Shown: positions 1 through 10,407, numbered from the stretch's first letter. The stretch is DNA of 64,000 nucleotides from an uncultured Candidatus Saccharibacteria bacterium (GCA_964399295.1 CAYNQD010000001.1:271672-335671), one strand, 5' to 3'. Notes: a model not told the origin generated them from the sequence alone. Made by a program: numbers and translations.

Positions 1-76
1 GTTTTTTGCAATTTTTCAATCCTTGTGGAATTTGCCTTGTCTGAGAAGATATATGTAGATTTACTAAATGATAAGT

Positions 77-424
77 TTAGGCTGATTTTTGATCTGAAGA
101 GTTTTCTGGCGGTTCCTTACCATGAATCAATTTAAATATCTTCTTAGTCTCCACCCTTGACACGTTTTTAAAAGTTCGAGATGTGGCTCGGTATGGTTCA
201 CCATAACGCAATTCTTCCCAATCAGCGATGGCTGCAAACGGTTTTTGCAAAGTAAATACAAGCTTTTTTCCATCAATCTCCAGGTTCGAGGTAACTGATT
301 TTAGCAAATCACGGTTTTCATTCTCATTCGCATGATTTTTGTTGATAGCTATAGCTTTTACCAGTTCGAGGAATTTCTGAGTTTTGTAGTCGTTTTCTGC
401 CGTGATTGATCGTAATTCATCCAA
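77..424 (-). CDS. hypothetical protein (115 aa), no recognisable motif
   Basis: Intact ORF immediately downstream of and co-oriented with the Nudix gene (19-bp gap). No conserved signature recognised. Confidence 0.4.
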   Translation of the reverse strand: MDELRSITAENDYKTQKFLELVKAIAINKNHANENENRDLLKSVTSNLEIDGKKLVFTLQKPFAAIADWEELRYGEPYRATSRTFKNVSRVETKKIFKLIHGKEPPENSSDQKSA

Positions 425-442
425 GATTTCTTTTGACGTTTG

Positions 443-868
443 TCAATACCAGGCTGCCGTTTCTCTTGTAGCTAAATTCCAGAGATATGGTACGTAATTC
501 TCTTTTTTATCAGAAACTATTTTTTCGAAAGTCAGCTTTTCAAAGTCATCAAGATGATTCGCTTTGACTTTATATAGTGCAAACGCAACCCAAATGTCAT
601 GGCTCCTTGATTTATAGGCGTCAAAAAAGATTGGGGTCAAACTCTTATCTTCAACCTTAACCTTAATTTCAAGCTCTTCTTCTATCTCTCTTTCGATACT
701 CGGTGCTATTGATTCACCGTACTCCATTCCACCACCAGGAAGCTCATACTCCCCTTTACTATTTTTTAAAACAACAAATTCATCTCCATTTGAAGACCCA
801 TCAACTAATAACACTTTTGTACTTACTCTATAAAAACATCCCATATTTATTTTTTTGTTATCGTCCAT
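443..868 (-). CDS. NUDIX hydrolase
   Basis: Nudix box visible in the translation: GGGMEYGESIAPSIEREIEEELEI (G-x5-E-x7-REUxEExGU pattern). Confidence 0.8.
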   Translation of the reverse strand: MDDNKKINMGCFYRVSTKVLLVDGSSNGDEFVVLKNSKGEYELPGGGMEYGESIAPSIEREIEEELEIKVKVEDKSLTPIFFDAYKSRSHDIWVAFALYKVKANHLDDFEKLTFEKIVSDKKENYVPYLWNLATRETAAWY

Positions 869-1068
869 CCTAATGGCATATCAGCCATTCTTCTTATAAT
901 TTAACTAGTGTATAGAGTAACGCAAATTCTATATTAATTAAACCAATGAATATGCACCTATAATTGTAGATATATACAGAAACCGCTCTAGCGGCCACCA
1001 AAAAATCAATTAGGCGTAAGTCGTTATCCTATGTCAATAAAGGTAAAGTATTGCTATACTTATAGAAA

Positions 1069-1299
1069 ATGGAAAAAAACAAAATAACTACAATATTTGA
1101 ATTTACCGGCTCCGTTCTTGCTATATTTTATGCAGTTTTAATTGCATCAAATACAGGAAATGAGATATTGGGCTTTTCGCTACTATTAATATCGGCATTG
1201 CTTTTCGCTGGCTGGGCAATAATTGATAAAAGATGGTCTTTTTTAGCATTACAGTTTTTCTATGTTGTAACTGCTATTATTGGTTTAGTTAGGTGGTAA
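1069..1299 (+). CDS. small integral membrane protein (2 predicted TM helices, 76 aa)
   Basis: Two hydrophobic helices (VLAIFYAVLIAS.., SLLLISALLFAGWAII). One of the few plus-strand genes. Followed by a bidirectional terminator hairpin. Confidence 0.4.
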   Translation: MEKNKITTIFEFTGSVLAIFYAVLIASNTGNEILGFSLLLISALLFAGWAIIDKRWSFLALQFFYVVTAIIGLVRW

Positions 1300-1341
1300 A
1301 GGATTAATACTACGCTCTCCTTTTAATTTCATCAATAACAC

Positions 1342-1368
1342 AAAAACCTCCAAATTTGGGAGGTTTTT
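1342..1368. terminator. bidirectional rho-independent terminator between convergent genes
   Basis: Stem aaaaacctcc / ggaggttttt with a 7-nt loop, flanked by an A-run and a T-run. Sits between the stop of 1069..1299 (+) and the stop of 1395..4622 (-). Confidence 0.5.
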
Positions 1369-1394
1369 ATGTGCAGTGAGATTGGCAATTTATT

Positions 1395-4300
1395 TTACCA
1401 CCACAGTCCGGTTGTTCCTTCGGCTTTCATTTTGGCGCGAGTAATGGAGCCAAAATATCCGATGGCGGGACTGATGGCTTTGTCTTGTTGGTATTGAGAC
1501 AGAGCTGATTTGGTATAATTGGCAAAGTAACCAGTGGCGCCAGGTGGAATAATATAACCGGCGCTGATTAGAAGCAACTGCAAAGCGCGCACGTCTTCAC
1601 CTTCGTCATTCAGATAGAGATCCCTGACTTCAAATCCGGTATTTGTATTGTCTGTCGAGGTTTGGATGAATGATTGCATGGCTGGCGTTGGTGTTCCTCC
1701 AAGTTCGACATACTTGGCGACTAGTGAGCGTAGCTGCTCAATAAGTGTGTTTAGGTCTGGGTTTGCATTACTGTCGGTGGTGGTCGTGACTGGTGAAAGA
1801 ATGAAAGGCTCCCCACGACGACTACTACTGCCACTCGACCGGCGTGGCGGTGTAGGTGTGATTTCCGTATCATCTTCATCTTCATCTTCAACAAACGCTA
1901 TTTCTGTGTAAGGGTGAGCGTCTTGACCAATACCGTCCCAACGAGCATCTGTTAACACTTCTTCACTAAATGGTAAATCCTCACCTACATCAGCCCAGCT
2001 GTCGTCATCATTATCTTTAATGTCATAGACTGTCCAAGCACCGGAACCATTGGCAAAAAGATAAATATTACCAGCTGTACCGTCATCAAAAACGTTGCTG
2101 GGACTGCCGTTTGCTATCCATTTTTCTGATTGCAACGTGTTACCTAGCACAGTGATATCGGGAGTGTCATCAAGACTAAGTGCCCAATCGCCAGCGATTA
2201 TGACATTGTCGGAAATTGTCTTGGCTCCGTTTAATGTTACGTGTGGAAGCAACTGTATACCTGTTCCAGTGGCGTTGATTTCGTTGGCATTCATGGTGAG
2301 TACCACCGGACTATCGAAGCCGATACCGCCATCAGCTGAAGTAATTTCATTCTCGCTAATCACAGCCGGACTGGAATTGTAGACTGAGATACCCCACTCC
2401 GAATCAATCTCAGAAATGGTGTTGTGGCGGATGGTGAGATTGTCTACGTTGCTACTCAAAATACCACTACTGGCCATATTAGAAATAATGTTGTACTCAA
2501 TTAAAATATCTTCAGCATCATAGACATTTATACCGTTTTGGAAATTGCTAATGGTGTTGTGTGCGATGGTACTGCTGGCTTCCTCAAACATAAGAATACC
2601 GGTGTAGTCACCGTTGCCGGTGAATGAGTTGTAGCGTACTGTCGTGTTGATTGAGTACGGAAAAGAGGCGGCAAAGTTTTCACCTTTAATTTCTCGGGTA
2701 TTCCACTCTGCTAGGTAGGCTTCATTGGCTAAAAAAGGATAACCTTCACTCGGATATGCGGCCATGCCTTGGTATGGCAAAGGGTTGACAGTGCGACCTT
2801 CAGCGCCAATTTCGGCGTGTTTGTAGACTACATTGTTTTTGAGGATAAAGCTGCGTTCAAGACCATTTTCCGGCGCTTCATAAGGAAACTCTATCGCTAC
2901 ATGGTCGCCGTGATGCATAATCATGAATTGGTTGTCGGCAGTCTGCAAAAGAGGAGCTACTTCACCGTATTTGGTAAAGAGGCCCGTCTGTGGCGCGAAG
3001 TGTTCTTCTGGCGTGGCAAATACAGTGTCGTAATCATGATTCCAGAAGTAGGTTTTATCAATTGCCGTATAGCCGCGGAAAGAAAGGTTGGCGACTGTCG
3101 GGCGGTAGGTATTTATCGTAAAAGGTGCTTGCGATGTTGTGTCTACCGCAAAGTAATTAGCATTCACCAGATTCATTCCGACACGCACTTCGTAATTGTC
3201 GGTGAGAAACTTGTCGGTAAGATCAACTGAGCGTAGTCTTGGCGTGCCATCAGAACCAAGGTCACGATAACCATACACCTCTACCCACTCGCCTTCTCCA
3301 TTGCGTACCGAAATACTGCGAATGCGGTCATCGGATTCCACACCGTAATCGCGCGCCACACGAGAAAGAAGTGTAATATTTTCAGCTTCAGACAGGTCTC
3401 CAAAATCAAGAGTCCAGTAATTAACAAGACTTTCATCTTGGTAGCTCCACTCGTCATCCCAATCCTGCAACGCTTCAAGACAATCGTTGCCATACGCGTC
3501 GGTACAAGCTACAAGCGGATGTGTTGGCGTGTCACTCACGGTGTGAAGATCCTCAAAAGTAGTGTCGCGTAAAAGCGGGTCTACCACTGTGTAGCCTGGA
3601 GCATGGTCAAAAGTGAGAAGTGACAGCTCATCATAATAAACAATCTCGTTGTATTCCTGTGAGATATTGAGTTTGTACTTTCCGTCTTTTGGTGCGAGTT
3701 TGTCGCTATCTATTACGGTGTAATCAAGCCAGTCAGTGGCGCGCGTAGCCATTTGCCCAACGTCTGCCACGTATTGATATCCATTTCCGTCCCAAGTGTA
3801 GACCAAAGGACTTGAGTCTCCAGAATAACCAAAATCGGAGATGGTGACGTTGTTGTGCTCTACGACGACATTATCAGAGTAACTGACATTAAAAGCTTGT
3901 GCGACATCGCTTATTTCATTGTGAGAGATTACGGTACCATGTGAATTATCGTAGAGAAATACGGCAGAATAAGTTATGCCAGAAATATTATTGCCTGTTA
4001 TAGTGCTGTTTTCTGAATCTTCAATTGATATGGCGTTTTGAAAAGCCGGACCATTGCTGGAGAATGTACTCGTGGCTATGGTGTTTCCATTTGAACCTTG
4101 TTCAAATATCACGCCATTTCCGATACCCCAGTTATCGGCAATGAAAGACATATTGGTGATTGTGGAATTGGTGGTATTGGAAAATATAATGGCGGTATTC
4201 ATCCAAGCATCATCAGTGGTAATGACTACGCTGTCAACGGAAGATGAAGCAACATCAATGAAGCGAATGCCGGAATCAAAATCAGCGATAGTCATATTGC

Positions 4301-4622
4301 TAAGATCAATATCCGTTACATTTTCGGCGTAGATAGCTGTAAATGAACCAATGCCTGTGATGGAGCGACCGCCTCCATTGATGGTAACGGATGAAGTGGC
4401 TATTGTTAGACAATAACCAGTGCTGGTACTTATATTGTTTGCGATTGTATAAACACCTGGTTCGTCAATGAGGCCACAGTCTAGGATATTTGCACCGTCG
4501 ATGTGATCGGCGTGAGCAACGTGTGTTGTAAGGAGCGGTACGCCATCATTGAATGGACTAAAGGAAAGCAAAAGTGTTAGCATTGCTGCCACTAAAAACT
4601 TTGCGTTTTTAAGGTAGTTCAT
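1395..4622 (-). CDS. secreted right-handed parallel beta-helix repeat protein (1075 aa) with C-terminal peptidoglycan-binding (PG_binding_1-like) domain
   Basis: N-terminal signal peptide (MNYLKNAKFLVAAMLTLLLSF). Many short NxxI/V..N beta-helix-like repeats (pectate-lyase/NosD style). An acidic EDEDEDD stretch and a PT/S-rich linker. C-terminal LQLLLISAGYIIPPGATGYFANYTKSALSQYQ resembles the PG_binding_1 motif. Confidence 0.7.
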   Translation of the reverse strand: MNYLKNAKFLVAAMLTLLLSFSPFNDGVPLLTTHVAHADHIDGANILDCGLIDEPGVYTIANNISTSTGYCLTIATSSVTINGGGRSITGIGSFTAIYAENVTDIDLSNMTIADFDSGIRFIDVASSSVDSVVITTDDAWMNTAIIFSNTTNSTITNMSFIADNWGIGNGVIFEQGSNGNTIATSTFSSNGPAFQNAISIEDSENSTITGNNISGITYSAVFLYDNSHGTVISHNEISDVAQAFNVSYSDNVVVEHNNVTISDFGYSGDSSPLVYTWDGNGYQYVADVGQMATRATDWLDYTVIDSDKLAPKDGKYKLNISQEYNEIVYYDELSLLTFDHAPGYTVVDPLLRDTTFEDLHTVSDTPTHPLVACTDAYGNDCLEALQDWDDEWSYQDESLVNYWTLDFGDLSEAENITLLSRVARDYGVESDDRIRSISVRNGEGEWVEVYGYRDLGSDGTPRLRSVDLTDKFLTDNYEVRVGMNLVNANYFAVDTTSQAPFTINTYRPTVANLSFRGYTAIDKTYFWNHDYDTVFATPEEHFAPQTGLFTKYGEVAPLLQTADNQFMIMHHGDHVAIEFPYEAPENGLERSFILKNNVVYKHAEIGAEGRTVNPLPYQGMAAYPSEGYPFLANEAYLAEWNTREIKGENFAASFPYSINTTVRYNSFTGNGDYTGILMFEEASSTIAHNTISNFQNGINVYDAEDILIEYNIISNMASSGILSSNVDNLTIRHNTISEIDSEWGISVYNSSPAVISENEITSADGGIGFDSPVVLTMNANEINATGTGIQLLPHVTLNGAKTISDNVIIAGDWALSLDDTPDITVLGNTLQSEKWIANGSPSNVFDDGTAGNIYLFANGSGAWTVYDIKDNDDDSWADVGEDLPFSEEVLTDARWDGIGQDAHPYTEIAFVEDEDEDDTEITPTPPRRSSGSSSRRGEPFILSPVTTTTDSNANPDLNTLIEQLRSLVAKYVELGGTPTPAMQSFIQTSTDNTNTGFEVRDLYLNDEGEDVRALQLLLISAGYIIPPGATGYFANYTKSALSQYQQDKAISPAIGYFGSITRAKMKAEGTTGLWW

Positions 4623-4777
4623 AACTTCAAAATAGTTTTAACATGTAGAATAATAATAATAACTTCTCACTTGTTATTATAGAGCATTATTTTGTCCTGT
4701 GGAGGGTAAATTTGAAAATACTGTGCATACTTATTTTTTCTAGCATAACTTAATTTTGGAAAATTTATTTCCAACAA

Positions 4778-5728
4778 CTAACAATTAAGAGCTTTTCTCC
4801 AGCCAGCTTCCGAAGCTTCTTTTTCCGTGCAAAACCATTTTTCTCCATTGGCTTCATCAATGATTGTTTTAGTGTAGGACTGGCAGCTGGTGAGATGATA
4901 AATTTTTTCACCTTTGGAATTTATGTTGCCCTTAATCGTACACTTATTATCAGTTGGTGTGTTTTGAATTGAAGAAGTGTAAGTTTGCTTGGCTTCCATT
5001 ATGGTAGTGGTTTGGGTTCTATTGTTGGAGCAAGTATCTCCCCACAGCCCTATCTTCCCTGCCCTAGCTTTCTGCTCAGCTTGTCTAAAAAGTTCGTTGT
5101 GCTTTACATCGGGCGGATATGAAGAAGCGTTGGCAAAACCTTCCTCCACCAGCTTTAGGTTTACAAAAATATCATCCACGTAAACATACCTAAGCAACCG
5201 GCCGTACTTGTCGGTATTGCTTATGTCTTTAACCAATTTTACTCGCTTGCCGGCTACCAACTCTTTGTTTTTGTTTGAAGCTTCCAAGCCAAAACACTGT
5301 ACTGGTTTGGAAGGATGAACGGTCTCTGGCGTATCGACTCCAATATAACGGACGGTTTCTTTTTTATTATCAATAATGACTTCTATGGTATCGCCGTCGA
5401 TGACTCTGGTGATTAAATAAGTTTCATTTGAGTTTTCAAAATTTTCTACAATCTCCTCAGACTTAAGTTCAGGCTCAGCAAATTCATCAGTTTCCGGAAT
5501 TTCTTTAGCTGTGGCTACAATGTGATTTTCTACTGTATCAAGATAGGAGATGGCTGGTGATATCGAAGTATTGGCTTCGAGAGTTGGGTTGATACCTTCT
5601 TCATCGCCTGTACTTGCTAGCAAAATAACCATAACAACAATTACTGCAGTGATGAGAAATTGCTTTTTGTTCATATTTTGGAGATTAACACAAAGGCTTG
5701 CTTTTTGGAAAATTAGACTACTGTACAA
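4778..5728 (-). CDS. membrane-anchored thermonuclease (staphylococcal nuclease/SNase-like) with C-terminal Cys-containing module
   Basis: SNase core: VIDGDTIEV...VRYIGVDTPET...GKRVKL...YGRLLRYVYVDD...NLKLVEEGFA. N-terminal TM helix. The track start at 5728 is a TTG; the internal ATG at 5674 (MNKKQFLITAVIVVMVILL) is the more likely start. C-terminal CTIKGNINSKGEKIYH...GEKWFCTEKEASEAGWRKA module. Confidence 0.8.
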   Translation of the reverse strand: MYSSLIFQKASLCVNLQNMNKKQFLITAVIVVMVILLASTGDEEGINPTLEANTSISPAISYLDTVENHIVATAKEIPETDEFAEPELKSEEIVENFENSNETYLITRVIDGDTIEVIIDNKKETVRYIGVDTPETVHPSKPVQCFGLEASNKNKELVAGKRVKLVKDISNTDKYGRLLRYVYVDDIFVNLKLVEEGFANASSYPPDVKHNELFRQAEQKARAGKIGLWGDTCSNNRTQTTTIMEAKQTYTSSIQNTPTDNKCTIKGNINSKGEKIYHLTSCQSYTKTIIDEANGEKWFCTEKEASEAGWRKALNC

Positions 5729-5731
5729 AGC

Positions 5732-7312
5732 GTGTTTTTTGTGTTATTCTTGCGGAACTTTATGAAAATTTTAAATAAACTGTACAGTTGGTACGGAAGG
5801 AGGACGGTTTTGTCTTTTATGACGGTTGCGGGGGTTTTAATAGTTTACGGCGTATTTTTTTCTGAAAAAACCACATCAGAAACTTTATCGGAAGCCGAAA
5901 TGGTTCAAAATCTACCGGCGGTTTTGGTTGCGACCGCGGCTGATTTAAATAACCCCAATCGAATCTCTTTAATCGGTGAAGTCAAAGCTATTAGCGAAGC
6001 GGAGATAAAGCCGGAGGGTTCAGGTAAGGTGACAAGAGTAAATGTTAAGCTGGGACAGACTGTTGCTCCCGGCCAGATTGTAGCCGAATTGGAAAATGCT
6101 TCCGAGAGAGCATCTTTGTTGCAAGCGCAAGGATTTTACGAATTGGCTTTGGCCAATTCCGCACAAACCGATTTTGGAGTCGGTGAAGCCGAAACTCGCT
6201 TGGACAATTCTCTACAAATGATTCGCAACAATAACCAAACTTCCTACAATACCGTAAACAACGTCATTCTAGGAACTGTTGATTTATTCTTCTCTCGACC
6301 AGAAAGCTCTATTCCTGGATTAAAAATCGGTGGTGGTTCTAATGCTTCTTACTTAAATAATGAACGTGTCGCTTTTCAATCTATATTACCGAAGTGGCGA
6401 GATGGCATAAATAAAAATAGGACTTTTGACGAGGAATTAAATTACAACCGAGAAATCAGAAGTCACGTGGCGCAAGCTTTGAATCTGATAAATAATTTAT
6501 TGCCGCTTCTAAATGACAGTCGAAGTATCGCTGGTTATTCTGAATCGGAAGTGGAAGGTTTTAGACAAAAACTAATTTCCGCCCAATCGCAAATTACCGG
6601 TACCATCACCGACATAGACAACAGCTACACCAGTTTGAAAAATGCTCGCGAGAATTTGGATCGAGCACTTTTAAGTGCGACTGGCAGCGACTCTTCCGCC
6701 AGTGACGCGCAAATCAAGCAAGCTTTGGGCAGTCTGCGAGCAGCACAAGCCAATTATGAAAAAACTATTCTTCGCTCCCCCATCAGCGGAACAGTCAATT
6801 CTTTAAACGTAAAAGTTGGAGAATTTTTAAGCAACATGCAGTCAATCGCGACCGTGGCCAACAACGGTAATTCAGAAATAATTACTTTTGTCAGCGAGCA
6901 GGAGCGAGACAAGATTAAGATGGGTGATGAAGTATTGATAAATAATGCCATCAAAGGACAAATTGCCATTATTGCTCCAGCTATAAATAGCGCGACCAAG
7001 AAGACGGAAGTTAGAATCGCTATATCTGAGAGTGGTTTAAAAATCGGTGAAACGGTTCGTGTTGTCTATGAAAATTCAATACCAAAAGTCACTGATAAAA
7101 TTTCCGTACCCTTGACGGCTGTTAAGTTTGACGGTACGGATAGCTATATATTTGTAGTTTCTGAAGGAATTTTGGAACGAGTGCCGGTGGCGATTGGTGA
7201 TATTCGTGGCGGGTTTGTGGAAATTACAAACGGAATCAGTAATGAAACGGAGTTTGTGGTTGATGTGCGTGGACGGAATGTTGGTGAACGAGTAGAAGTG
7301 ATAAACAATTAA
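5732..7312 (+). CDS. efflux RND transporter periplasmic adaptor (membrane fusion protein, HlyD family)
   Basis: Lipoyl/biotinyl-like hairpin motifs (GKVTRVNVKLGQTVAPGQIVAEL; ILRSPISGTVNSLNVKVGEFL). N-terminal TM helix. Directly precedes the RND permease gene with a 2-bp gap. The track start is GTG; the ATG at 5762 (MKILNKL) is the more likely start. Confidence 0.8.
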   Translation: MFFVLFLRNFMKILNKLYSWYGRRTVLSFMTVAGVLIVYGVFFSEKTTSETLSEAEMVQNLPAVLVATAADLNNPNRISLIGEVKAISEAEIKPEGSGKVTRVNVKLGQTVAPGQIVAELENASERASLLQAQGFYELALANSAQTDFGVGEAETRLDNSLQMIRNNNQTSYNTVNNVILGTVDLFFSRPESSIPGLKIGGGSNASYLNNERVAFQSILPKWRDGINKNRTFDEELNYNREIRSHVAQALNLINNLLPLLNDSRSIAGYSESEVEGFRQKLISAQSQITGTITDIDNSYTSLKNARENLDRALLSATGSDSSASDAQIKQALGSLRAAQANYEKTILRSPISGTVNSLNVKVGEFLSNMQSIATVANNGNSEIITFVSEQERDKIKMGDEVLINNAIKGQIAIIAPAINSATKKTEVRIAISESGLKIGETVRVVYENSIPKVTDKISVPLTAVKFDGTDSYIFVVSEGILERVPVAIGDIRGGFVEITNGISNETEFVVDVRGRNVGERVEVINN

Positions 7313-7314
7313 AT

Positions 7315-10300
7315 ATGTGGAATTTTTTTATCGACAATAGTCGTTTTACCTATTTAGTAATATTGGTTTTTATTGGATTTGGTTTGTTTTCGGTGGCGTC
7401 TATACCAAAAGAATCATCACCGGAAGTACAAATACCAATTGGAATCGTAACCACAGTATTGCCAGGCGCGCCAGCAACAGACATTGAAAGTCTAATAACA
7501 AATGAGCTGGAGCGCGGCTTGATTGGAACGCTCGAAAATGCCAAAAAAATTACTTCCACTTCCAAAGAGGGAGTTTCGTCTATCGTGGTGGAATTTTCCG
7601 CTGAGGCTGATATTGATAAATCAATCCGCGAGCTAAAAGACAGAATTGACTCTCTGGACAATCGCTTACCGAGCGACGCGGAAAGGCCAATGGTAACGGA
7701 AATAGATTTTGTCGATCAGCCGATTTTGACTTTAGCAGTTTCGGGTGATAAGACTGACGCTGAGTTTTCAGTAATCGCGCAGGATTTGATTGCTGAGTTG
7801 GAATCTGTTGCTGGAGTTTCTAGGGTTGAAAAAAGCGGTGTTCGCGATCCGGAAATTACGGTGTTGGTGGACCAAGCTCTACTTCTCCATTTTAATATCA
7901 CTGTAAATGATGTTTTGTCCGCGATCAGATCAGCCAATAACACTTTCCCTGTTGGACAAATCGTAACCGATGCTGTCTACTATAATATTATCTTTGAAAG
8001 CGGAATAAATACCGCTGATTCTATTGCAGAGATACCGGTAGCTGTCAGAGGCGGCCAGCCGATTTTGGTAAAGGATGTGGCTCAAGTGATAATGGGTTTG
8101 TCGCCAGCGGCCACTTTTTCTCGTTTGAGCGTTGATAATGTTCCCTCAGAAAATTCCCTAACCATCAGTGTCTACAAACAAAGCGGTGGCGACATCACGC
8201 GCATTGCCGACGCGGTACAGGAAAAAATCGCCAGTCTTGAGACTTCCCTGCTTCAGGATTTGTCCACGTATACTGTCTTTGATGCTGGTGCTGACATCAA
8301 GAGAGATTTAAAACAACTAACAACTTCTGGATTTCAAACCGTTCTTTTGGTGGTGGCTATTTTGATGATTGCCATTGGCTGGCGTGAAGGCTTGATTGCC
8401 GGTTTGGCCATTCCGCTTTCCTTTACCATTGGTTTTATTGGTCTGTATTTATCGGACAATACTTTAAATTTCATAAGTCTGTTTGCTTTGATTTTGGGAA
8501 TTGGCGTGTTGGTTGATTCCAGTATCGTGGTTGTTGAAGGTATAAATAAAAAAATCAAATCCGATTCAAGCTTAAGCAAGGTGGAAGCGGCCAAACAGGT
8601 GATTGCTGAATTTTCCGCTCCCATAGTATCCGGTACTTTTACCACAGTGGCTATGTTTGTGGGGTTGTTTGTGGTTTCGGGAGTTACCGGCCAGTTCATC
8701 TCGGCTATTCCCTTCACGCTGATATTTATAATGATTGCGTCTTTGATTGTGGCTTTGGGCTTTCTACCTCTGATTAGTGCCAGACTACTGCGCCAGAACG
8801 CTCATCAGGAAAAAGATGATCAGGTGAATGTGATACTTCAAAAAATAGAAGACTTGTACAGAGATATTTTAACCAACACCATAAACAGCGTATCTGCGCA
8901 AAGGAAATTCTTCACTTTCCTTTTCATTGGTTTTGTAACCTCAATTGCGCTTATTCCCACCGGTTTTGTAAAAGTCATTTTCTTTGAACAGTCTGATTCG
9001 GCGGATGTTTTTATTGAAGTGGAATTGAGTGAAGGTTCAGTAAAAGAATCTACTGATGTGGTGGTGAGGAAAATTGAGGATCGGTTGTATGCTTATCCTG
9101 ATATGATAAAAGCTTTTTCGGTCACTGTCGGAGCTGGCAGTATGTTTTCCAGCGGCCAATCCGGCTCGGGTATGGCAAACATCCACTTGTCTTTAACGGA
9201 AGATAGAGAAATTTCCAGTACGGAATTTGTGGAAATATTGCGTTCCGATTTTAGCGATATCAAAGATGCTAAAATCACTTTCAATCAAATAGCCAACGGC
9301 CCACCGACAGCTGCACCGATTGGGGTAAAGGTATTTGGGGATAATCTGCAGTCTGTCACCGAAACCACCAACTACATCGCACGATTAGTAGCTGAGATTG
9401 AAGGCACTACCAACATAAAAACCGACGCCAACACCAACACCACCGAAGTAGTATTTGCTCTCGATCAGCAAAAAGCGGCTGTGTATGGTTTGAATTCACA
9501 AATCGTTTCTCAATCCCTGCGTTCGGCCGTGCATGGTAGTAGGGCGACTTCCATCACCACTTTGAAAGATGATATTGATGTCGTGGTGCGTCTCAATTTG
9601 ACCGGCGATGATTTGTTTGACCCGGAATTTTCCAATTGGACAACAGTGGACACGCTGCAAAATATTGAGCTACCCACTATGACCGGCGACCGCGTGGCTT
9701 TGTCGGCTTTAGGGGAAGTTACTCTAAGAGAGGCTAGTAGTTTTATTAATCATGAAGATGGATCAAGAGTGATGATGGTAAGTGCAGACATAACTCCGAC
9801 CGGCAATGTCATAGACATAAACAGCCAGTTAAAAAAACAGCTTGAAGAAAAAGTAGATTTGCCGGCAGGTGTGACTTATTCTTTTGGGGGTGAATCAGAA
9901 GAGTCAACTCAGGCTTTCATGGAGCTACTCTTTGCGCTGGTCGTGGGTATTGTGCTGATGATAGCGATTTTGGTTTTTCAATTTGGCTCTTATCTCCACA
10001 CTTTCTACGTGTTATCAATTCTCCCCTTCTCACTGATTGGTATTCTCTACGGATTGGCTTTTACCGGTAGCGCGCTTTCCTTCCCTTCCATTATGGGCTT
10101 TATCGCTTTGTCAGGGATCATCGTTAATAATTCAATTTTGTTGATAGACATGATGAATCGAATGAGAAAAGAAAATCCGGACAAGCTCATAAGTCAGGTG
10201 GTGATTGAATCGTCTGTTCGACGTTTGCGGCCGATTGTTTTAACTTCAGCCGCTACTGCTATCGGTATGATTCCTCTACTCTTTAGCGATGAGATTTGGA

Positions 10301-10407
10301 TACCGCTGGCCGCCGCTGTTATCTTTGGATTGATATTTTCCGTCTTGATTACGTTGGTCTTGGTGCCGGTTATTTATAGTAAGTGGCCGGGTAAGGTTAA
10401 TTATTAA
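7315..10407 (+). CDS. efflux RND transporter permease subunit (AcrB/HAE1 family)
   Basis: 1030 aa with 12-TM AcrB architecture. N-terminus typical of AcrB (FIDNSRFTYLVILVFIGFGLFSVASIPKESSPEVQIPIGIVTT..PGA). Two large periplasmic loops. Confidence 0.9.
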   Translation: MWNFFIDNSRFTYLVILVFIGFGLFSVASIPKESSPEVQIPIGIVTTVLPGAPATDIESLITNELERGLIGTLENAKKITSTSKEGVSSIVVEFSAEADIDKSIRELKDRIDSLDNRLPSDAERPMVTEIDFVDQPILTLAVSGDKTDAEFSVIAQDLIAELESVAGVSRVEKSGVRDPEITVLVDQALLLHFNITVNDVLSAIRSANNTFPVGQIVTDAVYYNIIFESGINTADSIAEIPVAVRGGQPILVKDVAQVIMGLSPAATFSRLSVDNVPSENSLTISVYKQSGGDITRIADAVQEKIASLETSLLQDLSTYTVFDAGADIKRDLKQLTTSGFQTVLLVVAILMIAIGWREGLIAGLAIPLSFTIGFIGLYLSDNTLNFISLFALILGIGVLVDSSIVVVEGINKKIKSDSSLSKVEAAKQVIAEFSAPIVSGTFTTVAMFVGLFVVSGVTGQFISAIPFTLIFIMIASLIVALGFLPLISARLLRQNAHQEKDDQVNVILQKIEDLYRDILTNTINSVSAQRKFFTFLFIGFVTSIALIPTGFVKVIFFEQSDSADVFIEVELSEGSVKESTDVVVRKIEDRLYAYPDMIKAFSVTVGAGSMFSSGQSGSGMANIHLSLTEDREISSTEFVEILRSDFSDIKDAKITFNQIANGPPTAAPIGVKVFGDNLQSVTETTNYIARLVAEIEGTTNIKTDANTNTTEVVFALDQQKAAVYGLNSQIVSQSLRSAVHGSRATSITTLKDDIDVVVRLNLTGDDLFDPEFSNWTTVDTLQNIELPTMTGDRVALSALGEVTLREASSFINHEDGSRVMMVSADITPTGNVIDINSQLKKQLEEKVDLPAGVTYSFGGESEESTQAFMELLFALVVGIVLMIAILVFQFGSYLHTFYVLSILPFSLIGILYGLAFTGSALSFPSIMGFIALSGIIVNNSILLIDMMNRMRKENPDKLISQVVIESSVRRLRPIVLTSAATAIGMIPLLFSDEIWIPLAAAVIFGLIFSVLITLVLVPVIYSKWPGKVNY

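Noticed and set aside
1648-4332. Several 60-150 aa plus-strand ORFs inside the 1075-aa beta-helix gene (1648..1911, 2095..2382, 2769..3230, 4054..4332)
   Set aside because: They lie antisense within a long, well-supported minus-strand gene with coherent domain structure. They are low-complexity shadow ORFs with no motifs.
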